DNA of 64,000 nt, from the sequence record OR067838.1; one strand, given 5' to 3'. Below the pieces are notes generated by a model that saw only the letters and a list, made by a program, of their open reading frames with translations, had not been told where the DNA came from and did no database searches. Below are positions 37,252-44,949 of this stretch, piece after piece (position 1 is the first letter of the stretch; every line of letters starts with the position of its first letter). The translations under genes and the position numbers were made by a program. This DNA is from Escherichia phage KKP 3954.

Positions 37252-37447
37252 CTACGATAACGATCCTAATATTATCCAGTTAACCCGACAAGAACTGATC
37301 ACAATCATTGAAGATGCTTTTATTGATGGCTGGAATACACAAGATAATGACTGGGGTGGACCTGAAGCTTTTCTAGAACATCATAAAGCGTATGGAGAAT
37401 TTTGCGAAACCACTGTAGCTCTTGATAATCTGAAGGAGGGTTTGTAA
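37244..37447 (+). CDS. Hypothetical protein
   Basis: ORF track. Confidence 0.5.
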   Translation: MFNYDNDPNIIQLTRQELITIIEDAFIDGWNTQDNDWGGPEAFLEHHKAYGEFCETTVALDNLKEGL

Positions 37448-38010
37448 TGGGTTGTTTTAGTTTTTTGTGTAAGGAATCGGGCAAAGCTGCCCTTTCTACT
37501 TCTTTCGACGGATCACCTTGCTATCTCTTTCTTTTGAAGGATGGTGTTGTTATTGAAGAGATGTATGGCAACTATGATAGTTATGGTTGTGTTTTCTCTG
37601 GAAAGGAGGATGAAAATGGCGTTCGTGAGCGGTTCGAATGGGCTATGGATTGGGGTAAGGTTTGTGATTTAATGCATTCCTCGAATCCAAGGGACGGTAT
37701 CGCTATGGTGCTGGAAGAGTATTTTACAGGCGAGATCCCTACAGAACAATCTGACGGAGATCCTAATCAAGGTTGGGGTGATGGGGAAGAAGATCCAGAT
37801 TGTTTTTTCAGCACAGAAAAGAATAAGTTTAAACGTGTTGACAACCCTTATCACAAAGTGCATAATACTCTCATTGAAACAGAAGATAACAAGATGGAAA
37901 TTGAAGAAGATGATCCTCTTGTAACACTTCCTATAAGCGAGTTGCAAAAGATCACTAAAGAAGCTTACGATTTGGGCTTCAAAATTGGTAAAGGAGGTAT
38001 ACGTGTTTAG
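37447..38010 (+). CDS. Hypothetical protein (acidic)
   Basis: ORF track. Confidence 0.55.
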   Translation: MGCFSFLCKESGKAALSTSFDGSPCYLFLLKDGVVIEEMYGNYDSYGCVFSGKEDENGVRERFEWAMDWGKVCDLMHSSNPRDGIAMVLEEYFTGEIPTEQSDGDPNQGWGDGEEDPDCFFSTEKNKFKRVDNPYHKVHNTLIETEDNKMEIEEDDPLVTLPISELQKITKEAYDLGFKIGKGGIRV

Positions 38011-38281
38011 ATTCAATATTCAAGAAGAAAAGTGCCAGGATTTACCTATTGCTTTCGAAGATCTTGGCATAGGGGCCACATTCATGTATTATGATGCCTA
38101 TGAAGACGCAGGGTTGGATACCTACCGTAACTTGGTGTTCATTAAAAATTCCACAAACAGTGCGATCTGTATTAATGGATCACTAGCACAACGAGGCTAT
38201 ACTCATTGCATCCCACCAGATACAAATATGGTGGAAGTAGATTTAGAAGTTACCAATATTACACTTAAGAAGGAGAAATAA
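38003..38281 (+). CDS. Small protein, paralog of 39305..39574
   Basis: GTG 38003 with SD AAAGGAGG; shared blocks with its paralog (DL.IG.TF.Y, GLD, EV.L.VT.ITLK). Confidence 0.5.
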   Translation: MFRFNIQEEKCQDLPIAFEDLGIGATFMYYDAYEDAGLDTYRNLVFIKNSTNSAICINGSLAQRGYTHCIPPDTNMVEVDLEVTNITLKKEK

Positions 38282-38282
38282 T

Positions 38283-39079
38283 ATGTCCGAGAAAATCAGC
38301 CTGAAAAAACGTCAAGAAAACCTTGCTTTCTCTCTGAAAAAGAATAAGAACCTGAACGAAGGTAAGATTGTTCTTCGTGTAGCATGTGCTCTAGATATTT
38401 CTGGTAGTATGCATGGTCTATATACTCGTGGGGTAGTGAGTGATTTTGTAGGTAAACTGCTTCCTTTTGGTATGCTGTTCGACGATAATGAACAAATTGA
38501 CATGTGGGCCTTCAATACGAGTTCTCAAGAGCTTACTCCAGCAACAGCAGACGTTTACGATGACTACGTTGGTAAATGTATGCGTAATGTTCGTATCGGA
38601 GGTGGAACAAATTACGCCCCTGTAATGGCAGATATCTACGATGAGTATTTTGGCACTGTTACCAAATATGTTACCACTAAACAAGTGGTATACAAGAGGA
38701 GGCTCCAAAGAAAGGCTTCTTTAATCGTCTGCTTGGTAAAACTGAAACAGTATCGGTAGAGCGTGAAAAAGTTGTAGCTGTATCTGAACCAGGTGCTGAT
38801 GTTACTCCTGGCGTTGTATTCTTCCAGACAGACGGTGAGAATGGTGATCCTAGTGCTGTTCGTCGTCTTATTGAAGAGAATAAGAATAAGCCTATCTATT
38901 GGTTCATGGTTGGCGTTGGTAATGAGAAGTTCAGCTTCCTGAAAGAACTGGCAAATGCTTATGACAATGTTGGTTTTATTGGCATTAAAGATTTAGACTT
39001 GACAGATTCAGAGCTTTATGACAAACTCTTATCTGAAGAGTTCGGAGAGTGGGTTGTTAAAGTAGGTGCTAAAAAATGA
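38283..39079 (+). CDS. von Willebrand factor A (vWA) domain protein, TerY-like; split by an apparent 1-nt deletion at GTATAC 38688-38693
   Basis: MIDAS motif DISGSM in the N-terminal part (track ORF 38283..38759); vWA C-terminal half (VVFFQTDGENGD...WFMVGVGNEKF) continues in the -1 frame to a stop at 39077-39079. Confidence 0.6.
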
Positions 39080-39324
39080 TCGACGAGCTTGCCTCTCAAG
39101 TCGTAGAAAATTATTGGCGCGAGAGAGAAGCTTTCATTATGCGCAGTCTCAAAGAATATTTCATTGGGACTGTGAGGATGGAAGATATTGTAAGTAGAGT
39201 AGAGATTCATGTATGGCCTGATTATGAAGAATGGGTTGACAAAGAAAATGAAAATGCTATAATTCTTCGTATATACAAACCGGAGATAACATTAGGAGGA
39301 AGAAGTGTTAAACTTCGAAATTGA
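39076..39324 (+). CDS. Hypothetical protein
   Basis: ORF track; ATGA coupling. Confidence 0.5.
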   Translation: MIDELASQVVENYWREREAFIMRSLKEYFIGTVRMEDIVSRVEIHVWPDYEEWVDKENENAIILRIYKPEITLGGRSVKLRN

Positions 39325-39574
39325 TGAGCAAAAAGTAAATAAACGATGCCTTACCATTAAAGATTTGGATGTAGGAGATACTTTCGTCTATGAAAATGCA
39401 TTTGACGAAAATGGTTTAGACCTTAGTGAAGTAATTGTTTATTTAAAAGTAGATGATGGGGAAAATGATTATTCTGCTGTAGAACTAAACCATCATGCAC
39501 AATTAGTAGCAATCCAAAACACATCTAAGCTTTTGGAAGTAGAATTGACTGTAACTGGTATTACACTTAAATAA
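39305..39574 (+). CDS. Small protein, paralog of 38003..38281
   Basis: GTG start with SD GGAGGAAGAA; paralogous to the gene preceding the vWA gene. Confidence 0.5.
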   Translation: MLNFEIDEQKVNKRCLTIKDLDVGDTFVYENAFDENGLDLSEVIVYLKVDDGENDYSAVELNHHAQLVAIQNTSKLLEVELTVTGITLK

Positions 39575-39589
39575 TAGAGGAGACAAAAG

Positions 39590-40192
39590 ATGACTGATAA
39601 AATTTCCCTGAAAAAAGGCTCTAGCGAAAAAATTTCCCTGAAGAAAGTTGCTCCGGCTCTGAAAGAACTGCGCCTGGAATTCTCTTGGAAATCTGATTCT
39701 AAACTGGATCTGGATGTAAGTGCACTGGTTTGTCGTCATAATGCCGCTGGCAATCCTGAAATGCTGTCTGCACGTCATCTGGTTTGCTATGCTAACAAGT
39801 TTGATCCTGAACGTTCTACCTTCGCTGGTGACGATGTTCGTGATGGAACTGGCAGCATGGAGCAGATTGATATTACTCTGGCTAAAATCTCTCCTGATGC
39901 ACAAGAGATTGCCTTTGTTCTGACCATTGATGATGATACAGGTCTGAAACGTTTTGGTCATGCTTCTGAAGGTATGCTTAAAATCTTCGACTCCGAGCGC
40001 AATGTGGAAATTCTGGATTTTGACTTCCTGGCTCCTGAAGTAGCTGGCAACACAATCTGCCACGTGGCTTCCTTGGTTCGTGAAGATGGGGAATGGAAAC
40101 TGAAAGCATATGGTGTAGGTAAAGCTGGTCTGGATATTTGCGATGTGGTGATGGCCTTCGGTGGTAAAAAAGAATGGTATGAATGTCCATAA
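39590..40192 (+). CDS. terD: TerD-domain protein
   Basis: 200 aa; N-terminal ISLKKG..ISLKK and LDLDVSAL blocks and overall pattern match the TerD/TerE/TerZ family. Confidence 0.75.
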   Translation: MTDKISLKKGSSEKISLKKVAPALKELRLEFSWKSDSKLDLDVSALVCRHNAAGNPEMLSARHLVCYANKFDPERSTFAGDDVRDGTGSMEQIDITLAKISPDAQEIAFVLTIDDDTGLKRFGHASEGMLKIFDSERNVEILDFDFLAPEVAGNTICHVASLVREDGEWKLKAYGVGKAGLDICDVVMAFGGKKEWYECP

Positions 40193-40210
40193 TAATTAAC
40201 AAATGATTTT

Positions 40211-40230
40211 GAGGGGGAGAAATCCCCCTC
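40211..40230 (+). terminator. GC hairpin after the TerD gene (possible weak terminator; no clear T-run)
   Basis: GAGGGGGAGAAATCCCCCTC inverted repeat. Confidence 0.3.
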
Positions 40231-40291
40231 TTGCAATAAAGCCTCTATCGTGTTATACTAGAAGTTCGTTAACTTAAAAAGGAGGCAAAAT

Positions 40292-40813
40292 TTGCTGATA
40301 AAAAACTTTGTAACAGTTGCGTTACTATCCTTAACTGCTTTTACATTTACACCTGTTGTGGCGAAAGCCGAAGCTGCAAACGTAAAAACCGCTAAAGTAG
40401 TTCACAAATATACAAAGCAATATAATGATAAAATTCTATTAGCTTGTGCAATTTACGCAGAAGGTCGCGGTCTGGGTAAAAAGGGAATGAATGCCGTTGG
40501 GAATGTGGTAATCAATAGAAGAAATGATGCCTACTTTCCTAACACAGTCAGAGGAGTCTTGTTCCAGAAAGGGCAATTCTCATATGCGAAAACTTTTAAC
40601 GTAACAGAGAAAGATAAGTGGCAGGAAGCAAAAGCAATAGCGGAGCGTTTACTTTATTTAGAGAAACATTTTCCTGAATTGCGGTCTGTTTTAGATGTTA
40701 CTAAAGGTGCTCTATACTTCAAGAAGCGGAATATAAAGACACACTGGGAGCGTGATATGCGTCTTGTTTATCGAGATAAAGTGCATGGTTTCTATCTACC
40801 AAAGGGGAGTTAA
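40292..40813 (+). CDS. Secreted cell-wall hydrolase, SleB/Hydrolase_2-like (lysin candidate)
   Basis: Signal peptide; ILLACAIYAEGRG..GMNAVGNVVINR..FPNTVRGVLFQKGQFS matches the cell-wall hydrolase fold. Confidence 0.6.
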   Translation: MLIKNFVTVALLSLTAFTFTPVVAKAEAANVKTAKVVHKYTKQYNDKILLACAIYAEGRGLGKKGMNAVGNVVINRRNDAYFPNTVRGVLFQKGQFSYAKTFNVTEKDKWQEAKAIAERLLYLEKHFPELRSVLDVTKGALYFKKRNIKTHWERDMRLVYRDKVHGFYLPKGS

Positions 40814-40814
40814 A

Positions 40815-41099
40815 ATGCAAGAAGATAATACTGTTGTTGTAGCAAGTTACCTGGTTGTCGGTCTTACCGAAGAGGACGTATACTACACCCGTAAGCATTT
40901 GGAAGCATACGCTACTTTGTTTATGGAAGATGAAAAGGATGTAGATAAATACAGTATTGATATGATCAACGACAGTATTTATCCTTGTATGGTTCTTAAA
41001 GTAGATGCTGTGTTGTGGGAGCGTTTTGCAAGGACTCATGATGCTGTAGAATGCTCCGCAGTAATGTCTCAAAACAACATTTTAGGGGAGATTCACTGA
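40815..41099 (+). CDS. Hypothetical protein
   Basis: ORF track 40752..41099 trimmed to ATG 40815; in-frame GTATAC at 40878 with no break. Confidence 0.5.
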   Translation: MQEDNTVVVASYLVVGLTEEDVYYTRKHLEAYATLFMEDEKDVDKYSIDMINDSIYPCMVLKVDAVLWERFARTHDAVECSAVMSQNNILGEIH

Positions 41100-41329
41100 T
41101 GGGAGAAGTCATTGAAGTCAATTTTCGCACTAAACAAAAAGTGCAAAAATATGTCGTTATTAAAAACATTTGCGTTGTCTGCTTCAATACTGTAATATAC
41201 GATTCACGACGCGGAGAAAACGAAAATGAACCTTACATTGAAATTTCTAAGAACAAAGGTCAATGTATTTGTAAGAACTGTGCAGTAGCTATTAAGGAGG
41301 TTGTAAATGAAAACGCTTGGGACCAATGA
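41099..41329 (+). CDS. Small Zn-ribbon protein
   Basis: ORF track 41051..41329 trimmed to ATG 41099; CVVCF...CKNC. Confidence 0.5.
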   Translation: MGEVIEVNFRTKQKVQKYVVIKNICVVCFNTVIYDSRRGENENEPYIEISKNKGQCICKNCAVAIKEVVNENAWDQ

Positions 41330-41498
41330 AACTGGCGAGATCTCTCTTCAAGAAGTGACAAACGACAAACTGATTAAACTACGGGATGTAGCTCGTGACC
41401 ATCTCCAAGAATCTTTTAAAGAATATATGGAAGCACGAGATCGTGTCATCCAAATCCAACAAGAAATGATTAAACGTGGGATTGTAGCTGACAGTTAA
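41307..41498 (+). CDS. Hypothetical protein
   Basis: ORF track; SD AAGGAGG. Confidence 0.5.
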   Translation: MKTLGTNETGEISLQEVTNDKLIKLRDVARDHLQESFKEYMEARDRVIQIQQEMIKRGIVADS

Positions 41499-41514
41499 TA
41501 TAACGGAGGGGAGA

Positions 41515-42078
41515 ATGATTTATTATATTACTCCCTATCTGACAGGAAATATCGGCAAGGCTATCAATGAAGCTATTGCCGTTCTTCCAGATGATAGTTG
41601 GGTGTGTTTAAGAGATACCGATACGATGTTCCTCCTACCTGATCAACCATCTATGCTTGAAGAGCTTGTTATGTCAAACCCGCCTTTTGATGTAATAGGT
41701 GCAACTTGTAACAGGTTAGGTAGTGGTTATCAGCTTTTCTCTAACCAAATTAACGATGATCCAGATATTCTAAACCATATAGAATATGCTAAGATTGCAA
41801 GAGAATATCATAAAGTGAGTGTTGAAGAAGTTCCTTTTGGAACACCTCTGGCAGGTTTCTTTTTGCTTTTTAGAAAATCATTGTGGAATGAAATTCCTTT
41901 CGAAGAAAAATCTATCCAATTTGACTTAATTTTCTCTCGCACTTTACATGAAAAAGGAAAGAGGTTAGGATTGATGCGGGGAATGTATCTGTTTCACATT
42001 TACAGATTAGGTCAAACAAATCCTCAACGGTCTATACATCATTTATTACACTGTCACGATCACAGTAAAACTATTTAG
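41515..42078 (+). CDS. Hypothetical protein, possible glycosyltransferase-like
   Basis: ORF track; DTD motif and cluster context only; weak assignment. Confidence 0.35.
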   Translation: MIYYITPYLTGNIGKAINEAIAVLPDDSWVCLRDTDTMFLLPDQPSMLEELVMSNPPFDVIGATCNRLGSGYQLFSNQINDDPDILNHIEYAKIAREYHKVSVEEVPFGTPLAGFFLLFRKSLWNEIPFEEKSIQFDLIFSRTLHEKGKRLGLMRGMYLFHIYRLGQTNPQRSIHHLLHCHDHSKTI

Positions 42079-42086
42079 GAGAGAAA

Positions 42087-42770
42087 ATGGAAAATATTAA
42101 AATCGGAGTGGGTGTTATCACTGTAGGTGTCCGTCCACTTAAAGACTACCTTGTAACAGATCCACATGCAGATTTTCGAGTATTCAACGATCCAGATCGT
42201 AAAGGTGTAGCTTACGCCAGGAATGAACTTATGCACCAGTTTTATGAAGAAGGTTATGATTATTGGTTTATTTTTGACGACGATTGCTACCCAATCATGG
42301 AGGGATGGGAAACATATTTTGTAGATCAAGCTGTCTCTGGAGGATGGGATTTCTTTGGTATGCCGGAGTATTTCAAAGATAAAGTTGTTGGGAGTAAAGG
42401 AGAAGTTATTCTCTGGGAACTTGCAATGTGTCAATTTGCAATGTATTCTCGTGCCGTTGTTGAGAAGATGGGTTATTTCCGCCCTTACACTCACGGCTAT
42501 GGTTTTGAAGATGCTGAATGGGTACACCGTTTGAAAGCTGCTGGTTTGAATCAGGGTATTCAGGCAATACCTTGTCCACTTCGTATCATGGCTTATATCC
42601 ACCCAGACGATGTTTTTGGAAACAATCCTATGCCTTTTGCTAATCTGACAAAAGAAGAGAAAGAAGCTGCTATTGGCATTAACTGGGAAGAATATAAAGC
42701 GTCTTTAGAAGATATTAAAAATGGGAAAATCCGAATTTCTTATGAGGAGGCACTGGCACATGTCAAATAA
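42087..42770 (+). CDS. Glycosyltransferase, GT-A fold (family 2-like)
   Basis: DxD-type motif FIFDDDCYP and GYGFEDAEW block. Confidence 0.55.
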   Translation: MENIKIGVGVITVGVRPLKDYLVTDPHADFRVFNDPDRKGVAYARNELMHQFYEEGYDYWFIFDDDCYPIMEGWETYFVDQAVSGGWDFFGMPEYFKDKVVGSKGEVILWELAMCQFAMYSRAVVEKMGYFRPYTHGYGFEDAEWVHRLKAAGLNQGIQAIPCPLRIMAYIHPDDVFGNNPMPFANLTKEEKEAAIGINWEEYKASLEDIKNGKIRISYEEALAHVK

Positions 42771-43707
42771 AAAATGGACTAAACTGAAAATTGATGCAAA
42801 ACCTCACAGTGGTTGTGATTATCATCGTATTGTTATACCATTTAACAACAATAATTTTCAGCCTAAGAAAGATGTTGTCGTGTTTAACCGTATTCATTCT
42901 AAAGGGGCAGAATATGTTCTGTCCCTGAAACGTCAAGGTGTTAAGATTATTGTAGATTTAGATGATTTCTACCAACTTAATCCAGAACATTATTTAGCAA
43001 GTTTATATGAGTCAAACACTCATGCTATTGTAGCTATGGTTAAGCTTGCCGATGTGGTCATTGTGACTACGGAATATTTGGCATATAAGATCCGTCACTT
43101 AAATAGGAATGTTGTTGTGATCCGAAATGCACTTCCTTTTGATAGCGGACAATTCACTTTGTCAAATGATCGTTCATCCGGTACCCCTGTTGTATGGGCT
43201 GGCGGTGCTAGTCACGAACCCGATTTACGACTAGTCTCTAATACTTTCGATGATGAACTTCTTACTATTGCAGGATATGAAGCATCGCAGAGTATCACGG
43301 GGCAAGAGTGGATTAAGATCCGTAGAAATTTACCAAACGCCAAATATAAAGCTGCTGTAAAAGATTTAGATAATTACATGAGTGTTTACGAAAGTCATGC
43401 TATTGCTATAGCTCCTTTGGTAGACAATGATTTTAATAATTGTAAAAGTAATCTCAAAATCCTTGAAGCTGGGGCAAAAGGTATTCCGATTGTTTGTTCT
43501 AAGGTATTACCTTATTTTAACCCTGTGGATGCTCGCGCTGTTGCTTACGCAGAGAATAAAGCAGAATGGCATTACGAAATTGTTAAACTTCTTCGCAATC
43601 CGAACTATCGGGAAGATCGCGGCTTGTTCTTAGCGGAACATGTTCGAACACATTATAATCTGGCAGATGCAAACGAATTGCGACGCCAGGTTATTGAAAG
43701 CTTGTAG
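42760..43707 (+). CDS. Glycosyltransferase-like protein, tandem paralog A
   Basis: Shares NNCKSNLKILEAGAKGIPIVCS and other blocks with 43715..44659; ATG 42760 with SD GAGGAGG. Confidence 0.5.
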   Translation: MSNKKWTKLKIDAKPHSGCDYHRIVIPFNNNNFQPKKDVVVFNRIHSKGAEYVLSLKRQGVKIIVDLDDFYQLNPEHYLASLYESNTHAIVAMVKLADVVIVTTEYLAYKIRHLNRNVVVIRNALPFDSGQFTLSNDRSSGTPVVWAGGASHEPDLRLVSNTFDDELLTIAGYEASQSITGQEWIKIRRNLPNAKYKAAVKDLDNYMSVYESHAIAIAPLVDNDFNNCKSNLKILEAGAKGIPIVCSKVLPYFNPVDARAVAYAENKAEWHYEIVKLLRNPNYREDRGLFLAEHVRTHYNLADANELRRQVIESL

Positions 43708-43714
43708 GTGAAGT

Positions 43715-44659
43715 ATGGGACAAATAATTCTTGACAATCGTAACGGAATCAATTATAGTGTCTGCGATTTCCATAGGGTAGTGCTGCCTTACTCAAGGCA
43801 GTTCTCTTCACAACCTAAACACAACGTTTTCGTTTTTAACGGAGTGCCAACAAAAGGTAAAGAGGGCTTTTTAGCCCTTAAAAACCTAGGCTTTAAAATG
43901 GTTATGGATTTGGATGACTCTTTAGTTATTCCAAAAGGACACATGTTAGAAGGTATTTTTGAATCCGGTATTCGTGAACATTTAAAATGGTTTTTAGAGC
44001 ACAGTGATCTTGTTACAACTACGACACCTGCCTTGCAAGTTGAACTTTCACAATACAATGATAATGTGCACATAATCCCTAATGGACTTCCTTATGATGA
44101 AGGTCAATTTGTGTTGACCCGTGATCGCTACTCCAAAACTCCATTAGTCTGGGCTGGAAGTGAAACACATAAACAAGATTTGGCTATCTTACCCGATTTT
44201 GGTAAAGATCTTACAATATGTGGTTTTCGTAGGGATTCTGAAGTTTTAAGTAGTCGTGAATGGTCTTTAATCAGAGAAAATGTAGCACCAACTTGTGTTT
44301 ATGAAGGTGTAAGACCATATGCCAACTACATGGAATCTTACGATGGTCATCAAATCAGTCTTGCACCATTGATCGATAACGTGTTTAATAATGCAAAAAG
44401 CAATCTTAAAATTCTTGAGGCAGGTGCTAAGGGTTTACCTTTAATCTGCTCTCCTCGTGAGAATTATCATACACAAGAGTTTAAAGATTTGTTATTCTTT
44501 GCTGAAACACCTTCCGAGTGGAAAGATATTACGGAATACTTATTAAGTGCTCCCGATGTTTGCATGGAGAAAGGATTAGCATTAGCTAAGTATGTCAGGA
44601 CTCATTATCACATTGATGTGTTGAATGAGCGTCGTAGACTTTTATTTGAGGAGCTATAA
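43715..44659 (+). CDS. Glycosyltransferase-like protein, tandem paralog B
   Basis: About 35-40 percent identical to the preceding gene by eye (NNAKSNLKILEAGAKGLPLICS). Confidence 0.5.
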   Translation: MGQIILDNRNGINYSVCDFHRVVLPYSRQFSSQPKHNVFVFNGVPTKGKEGFLALKNLGFKMVMDLDDSLVIPKGHMLEGIFESGIREHLKWFLEHSDLVTTTTPALQVELSQYNDNVHIIPNGLPYDEGQFVLTRDRYSKTPLVWAGSETHKQDLAILPDFGKDLTICGFRRDSEVLSSREWSLIRENVAPTCVYEGVRPYANYMESYDGHQISLAPLIDNVFNNAKSNLKILEAGAKGLPLICSPRENYHTQEFKDLLFFAETPSEWKDITEYLLSAPDVCMEKGLALAKYVRTHYHIDVLNERRRLLFEEL

Positions 44660-44937
44660 TGATTAACACTTTTGATTTTGAATACACCACTCGTAACGGG
44701 AAAGCCTTGGTCGTGGAGGTGGATTACTATTATGAAGAACCTAATCCACTTTCTCGTGAAAGTGATTGGGATTACCACGGAGGGCTTTTAATTGACGGTA
44801 TTCGTTTTTATGAAGGATCTACAGAAGTTTTTGAAAAAGATTTAAATGTAACTGTAGCAGAAATTGCTTTCCAATTTAGAAAGCACATGGAAGAACTAGA
44901 AGCAGAATATATGATGGAGACTAACGAACCATTTTAA
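44659..44937 (+). CDS. Hypothetical protein
   Basis: ORF track; SD GAGGAG. Confidence 0.55.
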   Translation: MINTFDFEYTTRNGKALVVEVDYYYEEPNPLSRESDWDYHGGLLIDGIRFYEGSTEVFEKDLNVTVAEIAFQFRKHMEELEAEYMMETNEPF

Positions 44938-44949
44938 CAGGAGAACAAA

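Noticed and set aside
9750-38693. Programmed ribosomal frameshifting as the explanation for the GTATAC-linked breaks
   Set aside because: No slippery heptamer or downstream stimulatory structure is present, all sites require the same single-nucleotide loss, and homopolymer breaks of the same polarity occur elsewhere; DNA-level indels are more plausible.
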